Notes: generated by a model not told the origin, from the letters alone. Shown: positions 47,803 through 58,030, counted from the stretch's first letter. The stretch is DNA of 64,000 nt from an uncultured Acidobacteriota bacterium (GCA_963741905.1 CAVUJZ010000017.1:273626-337625), one strand, 5' to 3'. A program made the numbers and translations.

Positions 47803-47988
47803 CGATCCCGCCGGTGATTGAAGTCGGACAGGTCGGACCTGTCCGACCTGTCCGACTCGGCCGGGACCCGCCCCGGAGGCCCTTTCCGTCACCCTCCTGG
47901 TGTATCTCCTGTCACTGGTCGCCCTCGTGCCGCAGACTAGACTGGGAACGTCCGAGCTCAAGGGCCCGAACCCCGAAGAGAGGACTTT

Positions 47989-49323
47989 ATGGAACGTACG
48001 AGGGTCGTGATTCTGGGCGCCGCGGGGCGCGATTTTCATAATTTCAACGTCGTCTATCGCAACGATTCGTCCTTCGAGGTGGTGGCCTTCACGGCGACCC
48101 AGATTCCGGGGATCGACGGAAGAGAATATCCGGCGGAGCTGGCAGGAGAGCTTTACCCGAAGGGGATTCCGATTGTCCCGGAGGCGGAGCTGTCCCGGCT
48201 GATCCGCGACGAAAGGATCGATCTCTGCGTCTTCTCCTATTCCGACGTCACCTATCAGCATGTGATGAGCCTTGCGGCTCTCTGCAATGCCGCGGGAGCC
48301 GGCTTTATCCTCCTGGGGGCGGAGCCGACCATGATCCAGTCCGCTCTCCCGGTCATCGCGGTGACCGCGGTTCGCACCGGATGCGGCAAGAGCCAGACGA
48401 CGCGTTACCTTTCGAACATCATCAAGAATCTGGGCCGGAAGGCGGTGGCGATCCGTCATCCGATGCCCTACGGCGACCTGGCGGCGCAGGCTGCACAGCG
48501 CTTCGCCGCCTACAGCGATCTCGATCTGGAGAAGTGCACCGTCGAGGAGCGCGAGGAATACGAGCCTCACATCGACAATGGATTCGTGGTGTATGCCGGG
48601 GTCGACTACGCGGAGATTCTCCGTCGGGCCGAGAAGGAAGCCGACGTCATCCTCTGGGACGGAGGAAACAATGATCTTCCGTTCTACAAGCCTTCGCTCC
48701 ACATCTGCGTGGCAGATCCTCATCGGCCCGGCCACGAGACGATGTACTACCCGGGAGAGACGAATTTCCGGATGGCGGACCTGATCATCATCAACAAGTG
48801 CAACACGGCGAAGGAAGAGGCCATCCGATCGATCGAGGATGCGGCCGCACGGATCAATCCGGGGGCGAAGGTGATGCGGGCGGATTCGCCGGTGACGCTG
48901 TCCGATCCGGATGCGGTGCGAGGCAAGCGGGTGCTGGTGATCGAGGACGGTCCGACGCTGACTCACGGGGGCATGAGCTACGGTGCCGGCTGGGTCGCCG
49001 CGCGTGACGCCGGTGCGGCGGAGATCGTCGATCCGCAGCCGTTCGCGGTCGGGTCCATTCTCGCGACCTATCGCAAGTACCCCAATGCCGGAGGAATCCT
49101 CCCGGCGATGGGCTACAGTGACGAGCAGATCGCCGAGCTCGAGGAGACCATCCGGCGGACCGACTGTGATGTGGTCGTGGTCGGAACGCCGATCGATCTG
49201 ACCCGGGTGCTGAAGATCGACAAGCCGGCGGTGCGGGCGAGGTACGATCTGGCCGAGATCGAGCCGGGCAGGCTCGAGACGATTGTCAGAGAGGCGCTGG
49301 CCTCCGCTCCGGCACGAGTCTGA
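47989..49323 (+). CDS. COG2403-type P-loop protein (cyclic 2,3-diphosphoglycerate synthetase homologue / predicted GTPase)
   Basis: 444 aa. The N-terminus RVVILGAAGRDFHNFNVVYR and the P-loop VRTGCGKSQTT match my recollection of this family. The assignment has not been verified by search. Confidence 0.5.
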   Translation: MERTRVVILGAAGRDFHNFNVVYRNDSSFEVVAFTATQIPGIDGREYPAELAGELYPKGIPIVPEAELSRLIRDERIDLCVFSYSDVTYQHVMSLAALCNAAGAGFILLGAEPTMIQSALPVIAVTAVRTGCGKSQTTRYLSNIIKNLGRKAVAIRHPMPYGDLAAQAAQRFAAYSDLDLEKCTVEEREEYEPHIDNGFVVYAGVDYAEILRRAEKEADVILWDGGNNDLPFYKPSLHICVADPHRPGHETMYYPGETNFRMADLIIINKCNTAKEEAIRSIEDAAARINPGAKVMRADSPVTLSDPDAVRGKRVLVIEDGPTLTHGGMSYGAGWVAARDAGAAEIVDPQPFAVGSILATYRKYPNAGGILPAMGYSDEQIAELEETIRRTDCDVVVVGTPIDLTRVLKIDKPAVRARYDLAEIEPGRLETIVREALASAPARV

Positions 49324-49328
49324 GACGC

Positions 49329-49366
49329 AAAAAAAGCGCCGGTCGCCGCTCATCGGCGGCCGGCGC
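49329..49366 (-). terminator. Rho-independent terminator candidate, read on the minus strand
   Basis: On the minus strand, GCGCCGGCCGCCG-atgag-CGGCGACCGGCGC is followed by TTTTTTT. On the plus strand the A-run precedes the stem. Confidence 0.5.
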
Positions 49367-49463
49367 TCGCTCGATGAACCGCTGGTGTCCGGGTGGATGA
49401 TTCCCCTCGTGCCCCGCCGGAAGCCCGTTCGATCCTGCAGAGCCACGTCCAGCAGGGGCGGCG

Positions 49464-49724
49464 GTGTTCGCGGCGATTGGAGCACCGGAGCGAGCCGAAG
49501 ACTGGATCCGGCGGGCGCTCGCGATCGATCCGAACGAGCCGATCATCCAGTACAACGCGGCCTGCACCTGGATCGCACTTCACCGTGAAGGCGATGCCCT
49601 CGATTGCCTGGAGGCGTCCATGGGGCAGGGCGGGTTGGCCCGGGAGTGGATCACGAATGATCCCGATCTCGATCCGGTCCGCGATCATCCTCGGTTTCAG
49701 GAGATGCTCGCCCGCCTCCGCTGA
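49464..49724 (+). pseudogene. C-terminal remnant of a TPR-repeat protein
   Basis: RALAIDPNEPIIQYNAACTWIALHREGDALDCLEASM..WITNDPDLDPVRDHPRFQEMLARLR is a typical TPR C-terminal tail. No upstream coding sequence is available for it. Confidence 0.45.
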
Positions 49725-49729
49725 CCGTT

Positions 49730-50224
49730 CTACTGCTGCTGAGCTCCGTTCGGGTAGACCATGAATGAGCCATTCTGGTAAATGATGTCGCAGTCGAAAT
49801 TCGTCGTGGCTCCATCCTGATCGGTGCTGTTGAATTGTCCATCCGCGCCCTGCGAGCCGATCTCGTAGCTGCGGGTGTCACCGCTGATCCTGAATCGGAA
49901 GGGGCGGTTCCAGCCGTCCATCTCGGGGAGCTTCTGGATGTAGGTTGGCGCGATCGCCCCGGCGAGCCCGGAGTACGACTGAGGCGTGGCTCCGTCGAGC
50001 TGGGTCCAGGCGGCTGGCGCAAAGCTGCTCTGCGCGACCGAGTAGGCTTCCCAGGCCGTGGCGACCGAGCGGATGTCCGCCATGGTTCGTTTCTGTCGCG
50101 CCCGTTGCAGGGCGTTGAGCAGATTCGGGATCGCGATCGCCGCCAGGATCCCGATGATCGCCACCACGATCAGAAGCTCGATCAGGGTGAATCCTCGATG
50201 TTTCGTCTCCGCAGGTCTTCGCAC
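49730..50224 (-). CDS. Prepilin-type N-terminal cleavage/methylation domain protein (type IV pilin / T2SS pseudopilin-like)
   Basis: The GTG at 50224 is preceded by AAGGAG. The leader VRRPAETKHRG is followed by FTLIELLIVVAIIGILAAIAIPNLL. Confidence 0.8.
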   Translation of the reverse strand: MRRPAETKHRGFTLIELLIVVAIIGILAAIAIPNLLNALQRARQKRTMADIRSVATAWEAYSVAQSSFAPAAWTQLDGATPQSYSGLAGAIAPTYIQKLPEMDGWNRPFRFRISGDTRSYEIGSQGADGQFNSTDQDGATTNFDCDIIYQNGSFMVYPNGAQQQ

Positions 50225-50418
50225 AGACGTCTCCTTTCCAGTGAGCGCCTGATGCACTCCGTTCGCCGATATGGGAATGGTACGAGCGTTGGGGGGGGCC
50301 TGTCGTCCTGCATTCTGATGAGAACGAGCAGATTTTTTCCGGGAAAGGGGGAAAGGGAGGTGTGCGGGGGCAGGAGGCAATGCGGGAGGGAGACGTCACG
50401 TCCCCCTCCCGCCGAATC

Positions 50419-53400
50419 CTACCGCTTGATCGCAACCATCCCGCCCAGGGCGAGGATCAGCGCGAGCAGCGCCAGGCCGAGGGGGGAGACTGCCGGAATG
50501 TCGTTGGTGACCGCAAACGCGGTGGGACCGGTTCCGCCCGAGCCGGGAACCGAACTGATCACCGACTCGTTGGTTCCGTCACCGTTCTGGTCGAAGTGAA
50601 GAATCCCCTCATTCTCGACCGTCCCTCCGACCGCCCGTGAATCGACGGTCGCCGTAATGGTGATGGTGACGCTGGTTCCGGACGGGATCGCTCCGTTCCA
50701 GGTCACCAGGTTCGTCGAGGGGTCCGCGATTGCAGTGCCGCTGTCCGCCTCGGCGCTGACCAGATGCAGCAGGTGAACGTCGAGCTGATCCTCGAATTCA
50801 TTCCCCGGATTGTCCATCTGATCTCCGCCGCCGTTGTTGGTCAGGACCACCGTGTAGACCACCGTGCCGGTCCCGCGGAATTCGCCCGACACACTCTTGG
50901 TCGCGGTGACGGCCGCGGGGAACCGGAAGTACGCAACGGGAGCATCGTGATCGCTGATCCGCTCCGGACGGGTGAAGTCGTTGCGGTAAATTTCCGGGAA
51001 GTCCGCATTGTTGCGCGCGTACTCCATCCCGGCGGAGAAGGGAAGCGCGGCGGGGCTCAGCAGCACGTGGTCGAGAACCTGCGCGTTCCCCTCGAACAGG
51101 AAGGAGTAGCGCTCGGTCGAGGGGAGGAGGTTGACCAGGTTGGTCAGATCGGGATCGATCAGATCCGCGGAAGCCTGGAGCACCTGATCCGCCGGCGCAG
51201 GACTGCCCTGGACCGCACCCATCACGTCGACGTATCCGTCGTTGAACTGATACGCGTTGAAGTCTCCGACCAGCACGATCCGTTCGTCCGGATTGATCGT
51301 CAGGCGGGACTGGACGTAGTTCGCCAGCCACTCGCCTCCGGCATTCCGCTTCGCGCGTACGCGCTCCCCTCCGCTTGGATCGTCGATCCCGGAGAGCGAG
51401 CGGAAGTGGTTGACGATCACCGTGATCGGGAAGGGATCCCCGACCGGCGGATTCACCAGCGCTTCGAGAACCAGCGGCGGACGATCCCAGATCAGATCCT
51501 CCGATGAAGTGGTCGGGTTGGTGAAGGTGTCGGTCTTGCCTACCTGAGTCACCGAGAGGACGGTCACTCGTCCGCCGCCCTTGACCAGCAGGCCGACGTC
51601 GATGCCGCCGATGTCATTGCCTTCCTCGAGATAGGCGGTGTACTGCGGGTCGGGCTGGCTGGCCGCGATTGCATCGGTGGAGATGCGGCTGGCCAGAGCC
51701 TGGAGTGTCGAGAGATTCTCGATCTCGACGATTCCCAGGATGTCCGGCGTCCGGAGTACATTCCGGATCGCCAGCGAGGCCTTCTGCAGACGGTGATCGA
51801 ACGCGGTGGGAGTGAGGACCGGATCATCCGTGTCGGGATCATTCACGGTGTCGAAGAACCGTTCCAGGTTGAACGACGAGACGGTGAACTCGCTCGGCAG
51901 TGCTGCCCGAACCGGGGTCGCCGTCACGTTGCCGGTGATGGTCGTCGGTGATGTCGGATCCGGCAGGACCGTCCAGGTCCGGTAGGCGAAGTCCATCACG
52001 CCCGTCATGTCGGTCAGGGTTGCGCCGGCAGTGACGTCGAGGGTCGGTGCTCCAACCAGAGCGTCGCTGTCGATGCGAAGGCGCTCGGGATTCTCGTCAA
52101 AGTGAGGAATGCAGCAGGGAGCACCGGGGACCGGGAAGTCGAGATCCTCGATGCCGGGCTCACGGAACGTACGACCCACGCCGGTGACCACGGCGTAGAA
52201 CAGGCCGTTCGACGACGAGGTGGCGTCGGTCTCGTTCACGCTGCCCTCGGTGCCGTGCACCACGGTGAGTGACGGGAACCGGACCCGCATCCCCTCGAAA
52301 GGCTCGAGCTGGTCGAGGCCGCCGGAGGGATCGGTCTGCGCGGCGGTGATGGTGATCGGTGCAGGCAGCGGATTGCCGGTGGAGAACGTGCACCAGGTGG
52401 CGAATCCGGAGATCTCGGTCAGTGGCGGGCTCGCCGGATCGGCCGAGGGGATGTAGTCGTCGACCGTGCCGGTGACCTGAAGGTAATCGCCCAGGGCAAC
52501 GGATGGGGTGGAGCTGGTGAAGACGAAGATTCCTTCCGAGGTATTCGGATCGGCATCGATGTCCGCATCCGGTGTCTGCAGATAGAACCCGTTGTATTTG
52601 ACCGCGGTGACCACGCCCTCGGTGGTGACGGTGTTGCCGTCTTCCGGCGAGAGCGATCCGGCGCCCTGGATGCCGTGGATCGGCGTGACCACGCTCGCCG
52701 GTACGGTGACGACGACGCTCGCGGAGGCGGTTCGGGTCTGATCATCGGCGATGGTGATCGGAATCGTGTACGCGCCCTCGGAGAGTGCACCGCTGATCGT
52801 CGTCTGGAAGCTGAAGGTGTCATCACCAGGGACCACGTCCCCGTTCGAGCCGTCGTCGTAGAACGTCTGCGATGCTGCCCCACCGATGGAGGTGAGGTCA
52901 CCGGTGACCGTGAGGCCGGTGCTCGGCGGGGTGTAGCCGGGGGTGACGATCACGGTGAGCAGCGTCGAGCCGCCCGCGGGAACGCAGGAGGGGATGGCGA
53001 CTCCCATGCCGGTCGGTTTCCCCGAATTGTGCGGGTCGGGGGATCCTGCAGTGAAATCGTCGGCGTTCACGTCGGTGTCGGTTGCACCGCCCGCCAGGCG
53101 GGTCGCCGCGGTGGTGTTACTCAGTCCGGGTGCCGCGCCGCTGCCTTCGTAGCAGTTGGCGCTCCCGTACCCGACGAAGTCGTAGACCTCCGCCGCGGGA
53201 ATCGGGCAGGTACCGGAAAGGCTGCTCGTCCCATTGACCAGCGCAACCTTTCCGTTGGTGCCGGACATGGAGATCCCGCCGATGACGTCCGGCTCGGGAA
53301 GAGGTACCCCGTTCGAGCCGCCGTTCTCCTGCACCAGGAAATGCCCTCCCGGCTGAATGAATCCGGTCAGCGGGGTGACCTGCCATGAGCTGCCGGATGA

Positions 53401-54568
53401 CGATGCGTACTGGACCGACCAGCCGTCGAGGAGGAATTCGGTCGAGCCCGGGTTGTAGAGCTCGATGAAGTCGTGATCCAGGGGAGCGCCGGAGTTTCCG
53501 CCGCCGCCGTAAACCTGGCTGATGGTCAGCGCCGGCGGCGTGATCGTGGCGGTCAGGGTGATCGAAGTCGATCCGTTCCGGGCCTGGGCGTCGGTGATCG
53601 AGATCGGAATCGTCTTGACGCCCTGGGGTGTGGAGTTGTCGACCGTGGCGTTGAAGGAGAAGGTGTTGTCGCCGGAGGTGACGTCGCCATTCGTGCCGTT
53701 ATCGTAGAAGGGCTGCGAGGCGCTTCCGCCGATGGAGGAGAGATCGCCGGTTACCGCGAGTCCGGTGGAAGTAGGACTCGCGCCCGGAATCACGGTGACG
53801 GTGAGCAGCGTGGTGTTTCCGATGATTACGGTGGACGGGTTTGCAGAGCCGGTTCCGCTCGGGTTCGATGCCTCGGTGATCGAAATGTCGTCGATGCCCA
53901 CCCATTCGTCATTGCCGGCAGCGTTGGTGGTGATGACGCGGATCTGAACCGCCGACTGGTTGTCCGCGGCCGCCGGCAGGATCACACTTCACCGGGGTGA
54001 CCAGAGTGGCGAGATTCGGTCCGGTTGTGGCGTCGGCGATGTAGCCGCCAGCGAGATTGGTGAAGCTTCCACTGGTGCCGACTCGATACTGAAGCGCAAC
54101 CTGCTGGTTCGTATCGTCACCGCCACCGTCGATGTCCCGGACGTTGTACTGAACCCGGATGTTCGACTTGCCGGTCGTGTCGATGGTGATCAGAAGAAAC
54201 GGCGCATCGGCCGTTCCCGATCCCTGCAGAGCCACCACCGGATCGGTGATTCCGTCGAATTCGGTGACCCCTCCCGTGGCGTAGGTATTCGGATCGCTGC
54301 GATTCGCGTTGACGTCGACCGTGGTCTCGTCGGCGGTGATCGTCTGGGGATCCGTGCCGGTGGAGGCGGTCAGTCCGTCACCGCGATACCCGGTGATCCC
54401 CGCGACGCCGCTCCAGTCGTCGGTCGCGGTGATCAGACTGCCGTCGCTCCAGTCCTGGGTGAACGGTATCGTCTGTGGTGTGTTGTCGGCGCGAAGAGAG
54501 AAAAGCGGAAAGAGGATTGTCAGCGAAAGGAAAAGGAAAACGGGACGAAGGCATTTCGAAACGAGCAT
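50419..54568 (-). CDS. ExeM/NucH/Xds-like extracellular nuclease (lamin-tail domain, OB-like, endonuclease/exonuclease/phosphatase) with a C-terminal IPTL-CTERM-like sorting signal; one frameshift near 53985
   Basis: The ATG at 54568 is preceded by AAGGAG and followed by the signal peptide MLVSKCLRPVFLFLSLTILFPLFSLRA. There are two Ig-like repeats (..TGL.VTGDL.SIGG.ASQ.FYD.G.NGDV..GD.TFSF). The LTD segment reads ISQVYGGGGNSGAPLDHDFIELYNPGSTEF. IHGIQGAGSLSPEDGNTVTTEGVVTAV follows. The EEP domain has FTVSSFNLERFFD, ILGIVEIEN, VLVGDFNAYQF and LDHVLLSP. The C-terminus is DIPAVSPLGLALLALILALGGMVAIKR. Confidence 0.8.
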
Positions 54569-54780
54569 GCAGCGAGACTCCTTGCTGAGAATTGACCCCC
54601 GCAACACCCGCCACACCCTCGAGAACGCACCCTTCAGTTTCGGAAGCCGAGCGTCCGGCATTATATGCCCCGAAGGTGCAATTCTGGTGTGAAGTTTTTC
54701 AGGAGCCAGCGTTCGACCGCTCGAGGAGCGGGGAAAGGCCATTGCTGTGAAGTGGACCAGACCTCCTCAGGCCTGTGAAG

Positions 54781-55703
54781 TGGGCCGGGCCTTCCCAGGC
54801 CCGGCCCCGCGTAAAGCGTGCAGGTTACGCAGCCCGGGCTACGTGCCGAGATGTTGGACCCGCCTGAAAGCCCGCGCGACGGTCGCCGCTTCGTCGCCCG
54901 TGCCGGTCGAGAGCCAAGGTCGTCGCGGGACCGAGCGAAGGAACACTCGGTCCACTTTGTCGAGTTGCCCAGGTGGGCCGGGCCTTCCCAGGCCCGGCCC
55001 CGCGTAAAGCATGCAGGTTACGCAGCGCGGGCTACGTGCCGAGATGTTGGACCCGCCGGGAACCCGGCGCGACGGTCGCCGCTGCGTCGCCCGGGCCGGT
55101 CGAGAGCCAAGGGCGTCGCGGGACCGAGCGTAGGAACACTCGGTCCACTTTGTCGAGTTGCCCAGGTGGGCCGGGCCTTCCCAGGCCCGGCTCCGCGTAA
55201 AGCATGCAGGTTACGCAGCCCGGGCTACGTGCCGAGATGTTGGGCCCGCCGGGAACCCGGCGCGACGGTCGCCGCTTCGTCGCCCGTGTCCGTCGAGAGC
55301 CAAGGGCGTCGCGGGACCGAGCGAAGGAACACTCGGTCCACTTTGTCGAGTTGCCCGCGTAAAGCATGCAGGTTGCGCAGCGCGGGCTACCTCCCGAGAT
55401 GTTGGACCCGCCTGAAAGCCCGCACGACGGTCGCCGCTTCGTCGCCCGTGTCCGTCGAGAGCCAAGGTCGTCGCGGGACCGAGCGTAGGAACACTCGGTC
55501 CACTTTGTCGAGTTGCCCAGGTGGGCCGGGCCTTCCAGGCCCGGCCCCGCGTAAAGCGTGCAGGTTACGCAGCGCGGGCTACGTGCCGAGATGTTGGACC
55601 CGCCGGAAAGCCGGCGCGACGGTCGCCGCTTCGTCGCCCGGGCCGGTCGAGAGCCAAGGTCGTCGCGGGACCGAGCGAAGGAACACTCGGTCCACTTTGT
55701 CGG
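54781..55703. repeat. Tandem array of five units of about 190 bp, rich in GC hairpins
   Basis: Units lie at 54781-54973, 54974-55166, 55167-55356, 55357-55521 (this one lacks the first 30-nt hairpin) and 55522-55703. Each contains GGGCCGGGCC-ttccca-GGCCCGGCCC, GCGTAA-N10-TTACGC, GCGACG-N10-CGTCGC and GGACCGA-N12-TCGGTCC. The array ends 7 nt from the corrected guaA stop. Confidence 0.9.
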
Positions 55704-55710
55704 GCAGGAT

Positions 55711-57333
55711 CATTCCCACTCGATGGTGCTGGAGGCTTCGACGAGATGTCGTAGACCACCCGGTTGATGCCCCGAACCTCGTTGACGATCCGCCGCGAGA
55801 TCTGATCCAGCACCTCGTGGGGAAAGCGGTACCAGTCCGCCGTCATGAAGTCGCTGGTGGTCACCGCACGGATCGCCGCTACATTCTCGTAGGTTCGCTC
55901 GTCGCCCATCACTCCGACACTTCGTACCGGGAGAAGAACGGTGAGCGCCTGGGAGATCTCCGCATACAGTCCGGCCTTCCGGATCTCCTCGATCAGAATG
56001 GCGTCCGCTTCCTGCAGGATCTCCACCCGCTCCGGGGTGACTTCCCCAGGATCCGCACGGCGAGCCCGGGTCCCGGGAACGGGTGCCGCCAGACGAACTC
56101 CTCGTCCAGCCCCAGTTCCAGTCCCAGTCTCCGCACCTCGTCCTTGAACAGCTCCCGCAAGGGCTCGATCAGCGCCAGTCCCATCTTCTCCGGCAGGCCC
56201 CCGACGTTGTGGTGCGTCTTGATCACCGCGGAGGGACCCTTGACCGAGACCGACTCGATCACGTCGGGGTAGAGGGTTCCCTGGACCAGAAACTTCACGT
56301 CCGGGATCTTCTTCGCCTCTTCCTCGAAGACGCCGATGAACTCGTGACCGATCTTCCGCCGCTTCAGTTCCGGGTCGGAGACGCCTGCGAGCTCTCGATA
56401 GAACCGTTCCCGCGCATCAACGGCAACAATGTTCAACCCGAGACCGTCGCTGAGGCGAGAGACCACCTGGATCGCCTCGTTCTTCCGCAGCACGCCATTG
56501 TCGACGAATACCGCGGTGAGCTGCTTTCCGATCGCCTCGCTGACCAGCACCGCGGCGACCGACGAATCCACGCCACCACTGACCGCGGCGATCACGTGGC
56601 TGTCACCGACCGTCTCCCGGATCTCCTCGACCTTCCGCCGCCGGAAATCCTCCAGATTCCATTCGCCACGGCATCCGCAGATCTCGAACAGGAAGTTTCT
56701 CAGGATCTGCGACCCATACTCGGTGTGGGTCACCTCCGGATGGAACTGGATGCCCCAGATTCTTCTCTCCGGGTTTTCGAAGGCGGTGAAGGGGGCGTTG
56801 GGCGAGGTGGCGATCCGCCCGAAACCGTCGGGGGCAGCGAGAATCCGATCCCCGTGGCTGGCCCAGACTTTCTGGCGTGCCGGAGTGCCGCGGAACAGCA
56901 CGCTGTCTCCCTCGGTAGTGATCTCCGCCCGGCCGTACTCCCGCTCCTCGGCGGCCTGAACGTTTCCGTCCAGGAAATAGGTGGTGAGCTGCATCCCGTA
57001 GCAGATGCCGAGAATGGGAGCGCCGAGATCGAAGTAGGCGCGGTCGCACCAGGGGGCATCCTCGCCGTACACCGACTGCGGGCCCCCGGAGAGGATGATG
57101 CCGCGGGGCGCCATCGCCCGCGCATCGGCGATCGGAAAGTCGAAAGGATGGATCTCGCAGTAAACGTTCTGCTCGCGAATTCTACGGGCGATGAGCTGGG
57201 TGTACTGCGAACCGAAATCGAGAACGAGAATGGATTCGTCGCGGCTGGTCATCTCGGGGGCGAATTGTACTTCGGATGGCGTTGAGGCGCAGCGCCCCGG
57301 TCCGTGGCATTCCTTATGCTCTCGATTGCGCAT
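55711..57333 (-). CDS. guaA: GMP synthase (glutamine-hydrolysing); two 1-nt deletions near 56033 and 55730
   Basis: GATase [20 protein letters not shown], the ATP-PPase motif [13 protein letters not shown], and ..[14 protein letters not shown] then (frame change in a G-run) [30 protein letters not shown] then (frame change) ATIEWE-stop. Confidence 0.9.
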
Positions 57334-57387
57334 GGCGCAAATCGCAGCCGGAGTGGCAATCGGAGGAGCGTCAGAAAGGAGAACTGA

Positions 57388-57759
57388 ATGACCGTCAATC
57401 CAAACACTCCGCGAGAACCGGAGCCGCGGGAGGCTGCCGGGTGTGCCTGGTGGTGGATCGTGATTCTGATCGTCGTCATCGTCCTGATCATCGTCTGGTG
57501 GTGGGGGTGGGGACGACCGTCGACCGTGACCCCGGTCACCGAAACCAGCGTGACCTCAGTGACGATGCCTGCGGCACCAACCGGAACCGCGGGGGGTGAG
57601 GTGACTCCGACCGGAACCGGGGCCGGGGAGATGACCGGCACCAACACCGGCGGAACCAGCGGAGGCACCCTGACCGACACCTCCGGGACCGGGGCTGGCG
57701 GAATGAACGACACCACCGGAACCGACACCTCGGGGTCCAGCGGAACCGGGACCTACTGA
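57388..57759 (+). CDS. Hypothetical small membrane protein with a Thr/Gly-rich low-complexity tail
   Basis: AAAGGAG lies 7 nt upstream of the ATG. There is a Trp-rich TM segment (CAWWWIVILIVVIVLIIVWWWGWG), and the remainder is TG-rich repeats. The ORF could be spurious. Confidence 0.4.
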   Translation: MTVNPNTPREPEPREAAGCAWWWIVILIVVIVLIIVWWWGWGRPSTVTPVTETSVTSVTMPAAPTGTAGGEVTPTGTGAGEMTGTNTGGTSGGTLTDTSGTGAGGMNDTTGTDTSGSSGTGTY

Positions 57760-57993
57760 GCTTCTGACGTCCCATCGGGGACTGTGTCCGCGCCGGTCGT
57801 CCGGAGCAGACACCGACAGCCCTCTTCAGGCGAGTTCGGAGGCCTCGGGCCGTGCTGTCGCGTAGCTCGCGTGAGGGAATGACCCTCCGGGACGCCCGGT
57901 CCGGAGGGCCGTATCCTCATTCCGGAGCGAGGTCCAGCCGGCGCGCAACCGGACGAAGTACGCCCCGCTCGCCAGGGCTCTCGTCGAAATTTC

Positions 57994-58029
57994 TTGACAC
58001 ATGCCGTTGTGACGCTACACTTGTAGTGT
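57994..58029 (+). promoter_or_regulatory. Promoter (TTGACA-N16-TACACT) overlapped by a TACA/TGTA dyad operator; the transcript is probably leaderless
   Basis: TTGACA at 57994-57999 and TACACT at 58016-58021. The dyad ACGCTACA-ct-TGTAGTGT lies at 58012-58029. The ATG of the BlaI-like gene is at 58031, only 9 nt after the -10 element. Confidence 0.55.
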
Positions 58030-58030
58030 C

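Noticed and set aside
50382-50412. 12-bp GC stem immediately after the nuclease stop, as an intrinsic terminator
   Set aside because: On the minus strand the stem GCGGGAGGGGGA/TCTCCCTCCCGC is convincing, but it lacks a following U-run. Whether transcription reads on into the pilin gene is left open.
54818-56272. 484-aa ORF spanning the 190-bp repeat array and running antisense into guaA
   Set aside because: The unit length is not a multiple of 3, so the protein changes register every unit. It stays open only because GC-rich DNA lacks stop codons. Its second half is antisense to a clear guaA.
57884-57931. Nested hairpin GGAATGA-CCCTCCGG..CCGGAGGG-..TCATTCC between the small membrane-protein gene and the BlaI-like promoter
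   Set aside because: It is a plausible stem-loop, but there is no U-tract and I noticed no second copy. I cannot tell a terminator from a chance palindrome, so I did not list it as a feature.
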